Source: Lama glama (Eukaryota). From it: a DNA stretch of 64,000 nucleotides. The notes beneath the pieces are model-generated. The model was not told where the DNA came from, did no database searches, and saw only the letters and a program-made list of their open reading frames with translations. Each line of letters begins with the position of its first letter. The first letter of the stretch is position 1. Shown piece after piece: positions 24,961 through 37,149 of the stretch. The DNA lies in NCBI GenBank assembly GCA_028534125.1, contig CM052816.1:95668001-95732000 (forward strand), in the 5' to 3' direction. Made by a program: the position numbers and the translations under genes.

Positions 24961-26269
24961 AAGGGAGGTGCACACCTGGCTTCTCAGCTAATTCCACTTC
25001 CACAGTCACAGTCTGCAGTGAACAGAGCTGCCTCTCTGTCACCAGCTGGCAGCCTTTGGAGAAGTGCCCCCAAAGCTTCAAAACTGGACTTCAGGCTTCC
25101 TCGCCCTGCTTGTGCACAAAATTGGAAATGAGAGAAATTCTGTCTCAGTTTCTTTTAAAATTAAAGAAGCCCCCCCCTAAAAAAAAAGAAAAGAAAGAAA
25201 GAAAGAAAAGAAATCACACCGTGTCACACGGATCCTGGTCTCTAGGCCCAGATGTGACCTGAGCTGGGGCGGGGGGGGGGGGTGAGACAAGTCTTGAGAC
25301 TTCCCGGGTCATTCTTCTCTGTAAATGGGGGAGTTGGGGGAAGGGGCATTAGGTCCCCAAGGGTTGTGTCATCTCCCCTCGTGAGCCCTGTGTCTCCCTC
25401 CATGTGAGTCTCCCTCCCGTGAGTCCATGCAGATGGCTCCATGTGAACCATGTGCAATTTCCTGTGTGCCTGCACACGCTCCATTCTCGCCAGCCTGCGC
25501 GCCCTCTGTCGGTGTGAACTCCTGCACATCCTCTCTTGTCATCTCCAGTGTGTGACTCACTACCTCCAGGACGCTCGTGGGGCCTCTCTGTATTTAAGGC
25601 CACATCCCCGCTTGGGAGCTCACCACGCTTTCCTCCTGCAGACCTGTGCACAGTCTTACCTTGCAAAGCCTGGAATGATCACGTTGTTGGGACCCAAGGC
25701 CTGCAGGGACTGGGAGGATGTGCACTGCCTTTAACAGTGGGCTTTGTCCGGGAATTTCATCCTGGTGGGAGAGCGCAGGGCCTGAAGACGAGGGATTAAC
25801 TACAGGGTCATCTGTGGGCAGTGCATTCCTGGGCCCTGACCTGGGCCCTCAGTGGTGTGTGGCAACCAGACTTCTATTGGCTCCTGGTGGCTTCGGTGCT
25901 GGTCCTAACCAGCTCAGCGAGGCCGTGTGACCACTGACTACAGGAGGGGAGCCACTTGGAAAGGGGAGGTTGGTCCTGTGATCCGTCCGGTTCCCCCTGA
26001 CCTGGCACATCATGGGCCTTCACTCAGTCTCTCTGCTGAGAGATGCCCTGAGCCAGCCACACCTGACACATCCCTGGGGTGTGCTTCAGCAGAGCATGGT
26101 GTCTGCTGAACAGGGACAGGTGCCTGGAGGTTAGTTATGTCTCCCAAACTTTCCTACTCGTTTGTAGTGGAAGCTAGTCTCAAACCAAACCAGTTACCTC
26201 CAGAAAGCAGCGGAGAACAGCTCACACAGAGGAGTGTAAACCTGGAAAGCCCAGCTCTCTGTCCCTCCA

Positions 26270-26394
26270 CATGAGTCCTGAACGCCACGCAGGGAAGGCT
26301 CAGTTCCTACAAGAACTACAAGGAAATTAATTTGTGTTGTTTTAAGCCACTGTGTTTGTGGCAGTTTGTTCCGGCAGCCATGGGAATGAGCACA
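26270..26394 (+). mobile_element. MLT1 LTR 3' fragment
   Basis: aatttgtgttgttttaagccactgtgtttgtggcagtttgttccggcagccatgggaa. Confidence 0.8.
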
Positions 26395-26645
26395 GGCGCC
26401 AGCAGAAGAGTTGGAGTCACACGTGGGGAGGGGTGACGCCCCCTGGGCTCAGGGGAGAAGAAGGGTGGAGCTGGAGTGGGGTCTGTGGGCCCTGAGAGTG
26501 GAGGAGGCTGCACCTGCCCGCAGCAGTGCCCCAGGGGAGGGGGCCAGGCTGTAGAGGGGAGCAGCTGCAAGGATGGGGTCTCCACAGTTGGGACCCTGGG
26601 CTACCCTGGCCCACAAGCAGAGACCTGAGACCGGAAGGTGTCTCA

Positions 26646-26664
26646 CAGCGCCCTCTGCTGGACA
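26646..26664 (-). promoter_or_regulatory. CTCF motif (perfect core)
   Basis: Reverse complement tgtCCAGCAGAGGGCGCtg matches CCRSYAGRKGGCRS at 14/14. Binding not demonstrated. Confidence 0.7.
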
Positions 26665-26949
26665 AGTCCGGGCCCAGACTCGGGCCCTTCCCCAGCTATA
26701 GTGGGTGACACCCTCTCCACCTAGTGCACCAACTGGAAATCTAGAAACAGTTCTCACTACAGGCCCCTCCCCACAGCCCCACCCCCAGTCCAGCCACACT
26801 AAACAATCCAGATTTAATAACCTGGCCCTAAGCTTCCTCTCTGATCTCACCAATTATTGTCCTTCTGGCCACTTCTGTGTCACAAAGACCAAATGGATTT
26901 TCATTTTCGGGCCTTTGATGTCTCTGTTGCAGGAAATCCCTTTCTTCCC

Positions 26950-27225
26950 TTTGACTTTGTTTCTTGGGTCTCAGTTCAAACGTTGCCCCGCAGAGGGACT
27001 TCCCTGACCCAGGGCTGCTGCAAACCTCTGTTCTCTATCACATCCTCTGCTTTTTATTTTCCCCACAGTTTGTAACCCTACCCGAGATGGCCTTGTTTGT
27101 TGGATTTTGTGCTTATGGTCATTCTTTCTTGAGAACAGGGAAGACCATGACTGTCTCATTCGCTGTCGAGTCTTCTGTGTCTAGAGTGGCATTGGCACCT
27201 AGCAGATGCTTTACATCTGAAGCAT
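26950..27225 (+). mobile_element. L2 3' remnant
   Basis: ggtctcagttcaaacgttgccccgcagagggacttccctgacc ... tgtctcattcgctg..tctagagtggcattggcacctagcagatgct. Confidence 0.75.
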
Positions 27226-27792
27226 CTCCAGGATCTTTGCCATATTCCCTCTCCAGCCCCATCACCTTATGTCTCAGCTGGATTGACAGTGGGAGACACC
27301 TCACAAAGAAACGAACTTTGAATCGTGCGGGCTTGAATCTGCTAGAGTGATCATTTATTTTCAAGCCGACCTGTAGGGAGAAGGCCATACAGGTCCCAGA
27401 GAGTCTGGTGCTTTCTGAAAACTAGAAGAACCCACCCAACTTAAAGAGTAGGGGGCAGTTAATACAAGGCTGAGGAATTAATATGAATGTTAAATAAACA
27501 AATTCCATATCCTATAATAAACACTTTCTTTAGATTTAATGAACAATGCACTATTTCACATGCTGTGAGCCCTTCACATGCTTTCAAATTAAAGATTGAA
27601 TTCCTGGGAAGTTAAGTGAGAAATATACAGATTGGGATTGACATATTTGGGGAAGCTTCTTGCTTTCTTTTGGTAAATATGACGAGACAGATTTACACAG
27701 ATTTCAATTTAATTAAGATGTTTCCCCTCTACCTTAACAGGACTCTTTCTTTACCTTGCCCCAGCGGTTGAGGAACGTACATGGTTCCTGCC

Positions 27793-28150
27793 AACTACTG
27801 TTACTGCCTACTGCTACCATTAGTACTGCTACTTGCAACTAGTGCAATACAACAATTGCTGCTCTACTAAGCTTACTATGACGGTGATTCCCATTACTGC
27901 TGCTACTGCTAAAATCGCTGCTACTAGTACAATTGCTATGACTACGACAATTACTATCACCACTACAGTTACTACTACAATTACTACTGCCACTACAATT
28001 ACTACTACAATTACTACCGCCACTACAATTACTACTACAATTACTACCGCCACTACAATTACTACCGCGACTGCTACTGCTACAGTTACTCCTGTTGCTG
28101 TACTGACTACCGGTGCTACTGTGATGACTGCTACCACTATTGCTGCCTCC
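27793..28150. repeat. (ACT/TAC)n-derived low-complexity repeat with an internal 30-bp minisatellite
   Basis: Unit cactacaattactactacaattactaccgc at 27961-27990 (2 mismatches), 27991-28020, 28021-28050, plus a partial unit to 28068, within degenerate act/gct triplets. Confidence 0.92.
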
Positions 28151-29469
28151 GATGGTGACTGATCCTATGGTTCTTCTACAGACCATAGGCTTCTTTCCAT
28201 CCAAGGTCCCACTTCAGTTCCTTTGTGGGTAGAATATTTTTTCTCTCTTTTTTGTTTTTTAAATTTTTGTTTGGAATAATTATAGGTTCACAAGAATAAA
28301 AAAAAATGTACAGGGAGGTCCCAGTTGCCCCTTATATCACGCAACTCTAGTACAATATCAAAATCAGGAAACCAACATTAGAGATTCTTTTAATTTCAAT
28401 CAAAGTTCTTATCAATTTTTTCAAATAAATTTGATCTCCACCATAGTCCATATATATATTCCAATGAGAAAGAGGTGCACAATTTATTGATTGTTAGATG
28501 ATAATATGATTAATTCTCATGAAATTTGTAACATATCTTGTTATAGGTGGCACCTTTCTGTGTTTTCATCATTTTATTGTCTCATCCTGTGAGCAAATCT
28601 TTGATTTGAAATGGATAACACTAGTACAAAATAAAAAATAATATATGAGGGTCTGGAGTCTTTGGCTGGGCTATCATTTCTTTGTTTTTTCTTTATACTT
28701 TTTGGTGGTTTCTGGGTGTTACAATATCAGATATTGTATTGGCTCATGCCATTGTATAACATAAAACCTTGAAATGCTGCCTTGCAGTGGGGCAAATTTT
28801 TAATGCGTCAGTATTTTATTAACATGGCAAAACTGAAATAAAGCACGATTTCGTCTAACTGAAGCTGTGCTGCTGTTTGCTAGGAAGTGACTGGACTCTA
28901 CGGCTTGTCTCCTGCTCTCTCAGTAGGAAACCAGAACCACACCCGCTGGAGGGGGACTCAAGTGAAGGAATTTCTAGGTAGCAGCAATGCTCTGCCCTAG
29001 AGCCAGTTAGATGAATTTTTTTGTGGAGTCTTCCTTTAGAAGTCAGCAAAGAGGTTTCTCTTCATCTGTGCAGAATGGCCACAGACAAAGGGGCCTCACA
29101 AGACCCCTTTCAAGCTTCATGAATTTCTTACTGTAGTTTTCTAGGCATAAGGCACGACCTGAAGCATTCATTTGGTCATTCTGATTGCTCCAGTAATCTG
29201 GTCAGACATTTCACTAAGGAGCACTGTCATGGCCTCATTCTTCGTATTTTCCCTCCTGGTAGTCACATTGCTTCACCTCGGGGAGCTGGTGTGGGGAACA
29301 AGCGGGAAGCACCCTTAGCACACGAGCTTGTCATTTAGCAGCAAGAGACCAAGTGGACGCAGACCAGACTGTTGCTGAAAGGGTCCACCTGACATGGAAG
29401 CTGTGTGGTGACCAGAGAGCTTGAACTCATTGACTCACTACGCACATTCTTACCCCTGGCTGCCTTTCC

Positions 29470-29608
29470 GCATACAGCAAAAATGCCAGTGCTTGGACTC
29501 CACGAAGACCAGTTATGTTATAGTCTCCAGGAAATGAGGGCTAGGCATCAGCACTGAAAAAAACACAGACAGAATTTCAGGTGCACCGTCGGGGCTGAGA
29601 GCCACTGA
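29470..29608. mobile_element. MER5A-like remnant
   Basis: aaaaatgccagtgcttggactccac..gggctaggcatcagc..ggggctgagagccactg. Confidence 0.6.
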
Positions 29609-31699
29609 CCAAGGTGCTGAAAATACCATATCCTTAGTGAAATAAATTGTGCTGCGTTTGGATTCTTTTAGTAAAGGATTAGGCTAAGCAGACTGATACG
29701 CACTGTAAAGGAGCGATCAGGAATGGGGGAGACACATCTTTGTTCGGGGATGGGGGTCATAGGGAGTGATGACGTCCACTTGATGGGCACTGCAGGCCAG
29801 TTAGCAAAGTGAATGTGGTGGGCAATGCTGGGTCAGGTTGGCTTGTAGTGTCACCAGACTGTGTTTTCTAAACTAGGCCCTTGTCAGTAGATGGAGGTGT
29901 AGGAGCAGCACTCTTCGCCAGAAGGCTTGATGTGGTCTCCTGGTGAGGTGGATTCAGGAAGGAGGTTGCCGTGGTAGAGATGGGAGATACGCAGTATGGG
30001 TGACCTCCCACTTCCCCTGCAGTGTGGCACTTTCCCCGCCAAGTGTGGATGGAATCACAGATCCCTACAGTTCTCCTGGAGGCCACTCCCAGGTGACGGG
30101 GAGGAGGGACAGAAAGGCCAAGGAGTTAGCAGCCCTGAGATCTTGGGCTCCATTTGATGGAAGAGAGATCAAATTCTGGATGCCTAGTGAGGCCAAGGCT
30201 TCTTCTTGGAATTTTCCACTATGGCTGCCTCACCAGGGTGGACTTGGTCTGTAGGCAGAGAGTGGTTGGGGAGATCTTACTCTGAAGGGCCAGAGAAGGG
30301 CTGAGGACCCTCCTATTCCCCAGTACTTCCTTAGAAAACCCACAGGACTGTGACTGGTGGCATTCATGTCCAGTAATTGGCTTTAATAATTTAAACCATC
30401 ATCATGTCATGTCTCTTTTGCCCCCTTTCTAATCATGTTTCATCCAATCATGACTTGAAGAAAAAGACTGTAAAATCTCATAATACAAAAGTGAGAAAGC
30501 TGACACGGGCTGGTTTCAACTGGCCTCTAGAAGACTTGACATTTCTCAAGTAAGTTGATCTTCTGTAATCACAATTCCCTCCTCTCCCCAACCCTGCTAG
30601 AAGCCACTCATTAATTATAGATAGAAAACATAAAGGTTGGTTTTCCTGCCTTACGTACATCACAGAGATTCATAGTAAATGCAGCGAAATTGCACTGCTA
30701 AACGTGAACTCATCTTAAATCAAACGGACCTTTAAATTATCCTTCAAAAATTTTCCCCCAACCCCCATCCCCAAATAACTATTGGTCCATAGACCAACTT
30801 TTATTAATGATATATAAAATTTGATTAACTTTATTTGAGCTCAGGCTGAAAAGGTTGGAAAATAGCTTTCACTGCATGCTGTAGGTGAAATCTAGTGTAA
30901 TGTATTATATTAATATGCTATTTGATTCTCCAACGGAGATAAGGAAACAGAACTACATTGGGGAATGGAAATCACAATGCAATCTCAGCCCAGACCAAGT
31001 CATCAAAACTAGAGGATACATGTCTAAAATGCAAAACCAAAGAAGAAGCAGTCATGGATGGAGGCCATGAGCCTCTCCAGTCCTGGGGATAAGTCTCCTG
31101 TAGTTTGGCCCTTATCCTGTACTGCATTCCTGATCTTTGAACAGGGGATGGAGTAGCAAGCACAGCACCGTGGGAAAGCCCCCACCCAACTCCTGAACCC
31201 AGCTCAGAGTCTGAGCCACTTCAGGACCATAGGACTTCTACGTGAGGGGCAGCAGCAGATCCTTATGACATGGAGACTGCAGCAGCTTTCCACCCGTCCT
31301 GTCCTCCCAGCCTGCCTCCCAAGTCCTCCCATCTAGGGCTTAGTAGCTTGGAAGAATAACGTCTGAAACAATATATCCTCCTGTGTGCAACCATGAGTGC
31401 CTCAGATGTGCTGTCAGAGATGCTAGGGTTCACTGCTTATCGTCTGGAAAAGTGACCAGGTGAAAGGGACTCCAGAAGCTCCTGTAAACATCTCACATGT
31501 CTTCCAGATCTCTTCCACTTCCCTCCAGGTGGAGATCTCTTATGTGCTCTCTTATCCTTAGTTTTTTCATCTGTAGAATGGATGTGCTGAGAGAAAAATA
31601 CCCTTTTCTTCTGAGTGAATTCATTTAACAGTGCTGGACACATCGCCAGCCTCCGTGCATGTGAGCTAATAGCTTGTCACTCCTGAGAAGCCATCCTAT

Positions 31700-34600
31700 A
31701 TAGCTGTGTGTTGTACATTCTACGGATTCTCACAAATGTGTAGTAACCTTTATTCACCATTGTAGTATCTTACAGAGTATTTTTACTGCCCCCAAATTTG
31801 TCTGCATTCTATCTATTCATCCCTCTCTCCCTGCCAACTCCTTGTAACCACTGATATTTTTATTGTCTCCAAAGTATTTCTTTTCTAGAATGTCATACAG
31901 TTGGAATCATACAGTATGTAGCCTTTCCAGATTGGCTTCCTTCACTTAGTAATATGCATTTCAGTGTATGTCGTGTCTTTTCATGGCTTGATAACTCATT
32001 TCTTTTTAGTATTGAACAACATTCTATTGTCTGAATACAACACAGTTTATTTATGAATTACCTACTGAAGGCATCTTGGTTCCTGTTGCTTCCAAGTTTT
32101 GGCAATTATGAATACATCCATGTGCAGGTTTCTGTGTGGACATAAGTTTTCAACTCATTTGGGTAAATGCCAAGGAATAAATGTTAGATTCTATGGTAGA
32201 AGTATGTTTGTTTTTTAAAGGAACTGCCAAACTCTTCCAAAGTGGTTGCATCATTTTTCATTCCCACCAGCAGTGAATGAGAGTTCCTGTTGCTCCACAT
32301 CCTTGTCAGCATTTGGTGTTGTCAGTGTTCTGGATTTTGGCCGTTTAAATAGGTGGTAGTTGCATCTCGTTGTTTTGATTTTCAATTTCTTAATGAGTTA
32401 TGATGTGGAACATTTATTCATATGCTTATTTGCAACCTGCATATCTTTTTTTGGTGAAGTGTCTGTTTAGATCTTTTGCCCATTTTTAAACCAGTTTTAA
32501 AATGATTATTTTTGAGGTTTTTTTGGCATATTTGGATAACCACCCTTAATCAGATGTGTCTTCTGTAAATTTTTCACGCAGCCTGTGGCTTGTCTTCTCA
32601 CTCCCTTGACTACAGCTTTCACAGAACAGAAATTTTAAATTTTAATGAAGTCCAGCTTATCAATTCTTTCTTTCATAGATTGCACCTTTGGTGTTGTATC
32701 TAAAACATCACCACTCTGCCCAAGGTCATTATTATTTTGTGTTATGTTATCTTCTAGGAGTTTTATAGTTTTGTGTTTTACATTTAGGTCTGTGATCCAT
32801 TCTGCATTAATTTTTGTGAAGAGTATAAGGCCTGTGTCCAGATTTCTTTCTTTTTTTTTTTTTTTTGTATGTGATGTCCTGTTGTTCCAACACCATTTAT
32901 TGAAAAGACAATCTTTGTTCCATTGTATTGCCTTTGTTCCTTTGTCAAAGATCAGTTGGCTGTATTTATGAGGATCTATTTCTGAGTTCTCTATTCTGTT
33001 CCATTGATCTATTTATCTGTTCTTTCACTAATACCACACTCTCTTGATTACTGTAGCTTTTTAGTACAAATCTTGAAGCTGGGCCCTGTCACTCCTCTGA
33101 CCTGGCTTTCCATCAGTATTGTGTTGACTATTCTGGGTCTTTTAACTCTCCAGAGAAACTTTAGAATCACTTTGTCAATGTCCACAAAGTACGTTGCTGG
33201 GATTTTGAATCAAGTTGGGAGAAACTGATATCTTGACAATATTGAGTCCTCCTATCCATGAACATGGAAAATATCCCCATTTAGTTAGTTCTTCTTTGAT
33301 TTCTTTTATTGGAGTTTTATAGTTTTCCTCACAAAGCTCTAGTGTATATTTTATTGTATTTATTTCTAAGTATTTCATTTTGGAGGGGATCTACTGTAAA
33401 TGGTATTGTGCTTTTTATTTCAAATTTCATTTGTTCATTGCTTGTAAGGAAGTGACTGACTTTTTAGTAATTAATCTTACATCCTGCAAACTTCCTATAA
33501 TCATTTATTCATTCCAGAAGATTTTTGTTGATTCTTTTGGTTTTCTATATAGATAATTATGTCATCGTCAGACAAGAGCAGTTTTATTTCTTCTTTCCCA
33601 AACTGTATACCTTTTATTTCCATTTAAAAGAAAATCTTAGTGCCTTAGCTAGTACTAGCAGTACGATGTTGAAAAGGAGTGGTGAGAAGGTACATCCCTG
33701 CCTTGCTCATGATCATAGTGGCAAAGCTTCTAGTGTCTCATTGTTAAGTGTGATAGTAGTTGTAGGTTTTTTGTAGACGGTCTTTATGCCATTGAGAAAT
33801 TTCCTCTCCATTCACAGTCTGTTGAGAATTTTTATTATGAATGAGTGTTGGATGTTGTCATATGCGTTTTTTTCATCTATTGATAAAATCATGTGATTTT
33901 TTCCTTTAGCCTTGTGATATAATGGATTACATTAACTGATTTTCAAATGTTGAACCAGCCTTGTACACCTAGGATGAATCCTATTTTGTCATGGTATATA
34001 ATTCTTTTTATACATTGTTGGATTTGATTTGCTAATATTTGATTGAGAATTTTTGCATCTATGCTCATGAAAGTTATTATCTCTAGTTTTCTTGTAGTGT
34101 CTTTGTCTGGTTTTGGTATTAAGGTAGTGATAACTTCACAGGATGAGTAAGAAGTACCTCCTCCTCTTCTGTCTTCTGAAAGGGATTATGGAGAATCGGT
34201 CTAATTTTTCCTTCAACATTTGGTAGAATTCACCATTGAACCTATCTGAGCTTGGTGCTTTCTGTTTGGAAAATCATATATTATTGATTCAGTTTCTTTA
34301 ATACATATTGACCTACTCAGATTGTCTTTTTCTTGTGTGAGTTTTGGAAGACTGTATCTTTCAAGAAATTGGCCCAGTTTGTGTAGGCTGTCAAATTTGT
34401 GGGCATAGAATTGTTCATGGTATTCCTTTATTATCCTTTTAATGTCTGTGTGATCTGTAGTTATGTCCCCTCTTTCAATCCTGGTGTCAGTAATTTGTCT
34501 TTTCTGTGTCTTTCTTAGTTAGCCTGGCTAGCAGCTTATTGATTTTATTGATCTTTTCAAAGCACCAGCTTTTGGTTTCATCGGTTTTCTCTCTTGATTT

Positions 34601-35134
34601 CCTGTTTTCAAGTTCACTGCTTTCTGCTCTAATTTTTATTATTTCTTTTCTTCTGCTTACTTTGGATTTACTTTACTCCTCTTTCTGGTTTCCTAAGGTG
34701 GAAGCTTGGATTTTTTATTTCAGATCTTGCTTCTTTTCTAATATATACTTTCAATGCTACAAATTTTTCTCTAAGCATTGATTTCATTGCATTCTACAGA
34801 TTTTTCTAAATTGTAGTTTCATTTTCAGTTAGTTCAAAATATTTTAAAATAACTCTTGAGATTTTTCTTTTGACCCACGTGCTATTTAGAAATGCTTTGT
34901 TTACTCTCCAAGTGTTTTGGGATTTCCCAGCTATCTTTCTATTATTGATTTCTAGTTTAATTCCTTTGTGGTCTGAGACCAGGCTTTATCTAATTTCTAC
35001 TTTTTAAAAATTGTCAAAGTGTGTTTAATAGCCTTGAATGTGGTTGATTTTTCAGCTTGTTCAGCTTTTTACTTGTTGTGAGGGTGAAGTGGTGAGTTCC
35101 AAAATCCTCAAATGCTAGACTAGAAAACAGAAGT
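31700..35134 (-). mobile_element. Old LINE-1 (L1MC1-like): 3'UTR, degraded ORF2 and a putative 5' terminus
   Basis: ORF 33175-33378(-) KYLEIN..LCEENYKTPIKEIKEELTKW..PCSWIGGLNIVKISV is L1 ORF2. The 3'UTR motif ttttctagaatgtcatacagttggaatcatacagtatgtagcc is present. Many stops and frameshifts. Confidence 0.92.
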
Positions 35135-36329
35135 TGAAATTCTATAAAAAGAATCTCATTGGTTACTGGGCAGCCAAGTGGCAGCTGTAGTTGGGGTAAT
35201 TTTGAGGTGTCATCTGTTAGTTAGGGCTCCTAACTCTAGAATCTGGGGACCAGGCAGCAATGCTTTTGGATTTTAGTGAGAACCTAAAAGCACAGTTACA
35301 TACCTAGTACATACTCCCAGGACAGCAGTTGCTGCATTCAGTTCATATATGCATAGGTAGCATTCAGTTTTGACCTAAAAATTTGTAATAAAGATTTTAT
35401 AACCTCATAGATCCTTGGTAAGGCTAAAAGGTAAAGCATGGTATTCAAAGACACACCGAGTTTAAGCGCTGTACAGCTATGCTGGGGGAAAACCCTGGCC
35501 TGCGCCAGGTGTCAGCTGTGATGTGTAGGCATACCTTGCTTGTGCTGCCTGGGAGACAGAAGCCGCCTCAGATAGCAATGGAAGATCAGCAGGAAAGTGA
35601 TCTTGCAGTCCAGTGGGCCCACCAGTTCCAAAATCCTTTCATTCAGTTCAGGTCTGCTGGGCTGGACTTGGGAGGATGATAAATAGGCTGGTGCCGGAGC
35701 AATTATTTGGTGGTCAGTTAAAGCAAAAACCACAGGAGAAATCACTGAAGGACAATCTATTATATGGGGCCCCTGGCAAAGGCATTTTTCTGGGGTAGCC
35801 GTGCTTTCTTTTTCCCCAGGGGAAAATGAACAGAACACTTTGGTCTCCAGTCTCACTGCCCCTCTCCGGTCGAGAGCCGCACCGCTTCATGCCTGCGTCA
35901 CTGAAGTTGTTCTCCCACAGGCTGCCCCGCCTTGTGTCTTTCTTCCTCCCAGTGCGTTCTCACTGCAGGAACCTTTAGGCCCTAAAATACCTCATTTATC
36001 ATGTACCCTCCCTTTTTTAAAAGGCCTCCATTGCATACAGGGCAAAGTGTAAAATTCACTCAGTATCTTCTGGGTTCAGACTGCAGTCTTGTCGACACTT
36101 TTTTCCCGCTACGCACTGGCACCCGTGTTCACCTCTGGCTGTCTTGTTCTGCAGGAGACCAGATCCCCTTTCCTATGACCGTCTCTTTGCCTGTTCCTCC
36201 TCTTTATTCGAGTGGACACTCTCCTCTCTCCAAACATATTCTGTGACAGCTTCAAGTCCCGCCAGAACCAGCTTCCCTAAGAGGCTTGTTTTATTTCTAT
36301 TTTTTGACCACTTCAGTTTCCGGTGTCTC

Positions 36330-37149
36330 TGTGAAATAATCACAGATATGTACGTATCAGAAATATGTACGTATTGGTCTCTGCCCCCGGTTCTTGACAT
36401 AGAGCCCCGGAAACGCTTGTAAACAAAGGTGCTAGGAGAATCGTTTGTTCTAATATTTTGTCTTTGACCCTGGTTCCTGGTGCAGAGCTCCTAAGTCCCT
36501 TCAAAGATCCTGGGTAATGAACTTTTTCTGTTCTAATAGGGTGACCCTTGGGCGGCTTCTGAGTGGGAGCTGGTCACCAGAGAGACAAAGCTGTGACTGG
36601 AAGCTTGTCACTTTCAGCTCCTCCCCCCATTGTCCAAGTGGGGACAGAGGCTGGAGAAATGGAGTTAGCAGTCGATCACGCCAGGCTGGTGAACCCATCC
36701 ATATACTGGGCACCCCAGCTCCATGTGGACAGAAGCTCTGGCACTCGTGACTCTCCCAGATCTCTGTGTCTCTGCATCAGGCTGCTCACCAGCATCCTTT
36801 GTCACATCCTTTATTATGCAGTAAACTGGTAAACGTTAAGTGAGTGTTTCCCTGAGTTCTGTGAGCTGCTCTAGCAAATGATTTAATTCAGGGAGAGGGT
36901 TGTGAGAACCCCTGGTTGGTAGCCAAGTTGGACTGAAGTTGGGGGCAACCTGGGGACCCACTGCTTGCCTTTGGGGTCTGAAGTGGAGGGCAGTCTTGTG
37001 GGTCTGAGCCCTTCCCCTACGTGGTCTGCACTAACTCTGGTTAGTGTCGGAATGAACTGAATGGTAGGACACCCCATATATTGGGTGTCAGAAGTGAAGT
37101 GTGGTGCATGGCATGAGACTAAAGGAAAAACGGGAGTTTTTCTTATACA
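36330..37149 (+). mobile_element. Solo LTR, MER21A/B-like
   Basis: ggtctctgcccccggttcttgacatagagc, gtttccctgagttctgtgagctgctctagcaaat, cagtcttgtgggtctgagccctt. TG..CA termini and perfect TSD gtctc at 36325-36329 and 37150-37154. Confidence 0.92.

Noticed and set aside
25170..25285. (GAAA)n/poly-A tract and poly-G run (possible G-quadruplex)
   Set aside because: Ordinary low-complexity sequence with no supporting context; homopolymer lengths may also be assembly-dependent.
27961..28068. 30-bp repeats as a possible CRISPR array
   Set aside because: The units are head-to-tail with no unique spacers, there are no cas genes, and the context is mammalian.
27829..28204. Val-rich 'membrane' and Ser/Cys/Gly-rich ORFs on the minus strand
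   Set aside because: Translation artefacts of the (ACT)n-type repeat.
759..37149. LTRs at 759-1433 and 36330-37149 as the paired ends of one provirus
   Set aside because: Each has its own TSD, they differ substantially in sequence, and no gag/pol/env lies between them. They are independent solo LTRs.
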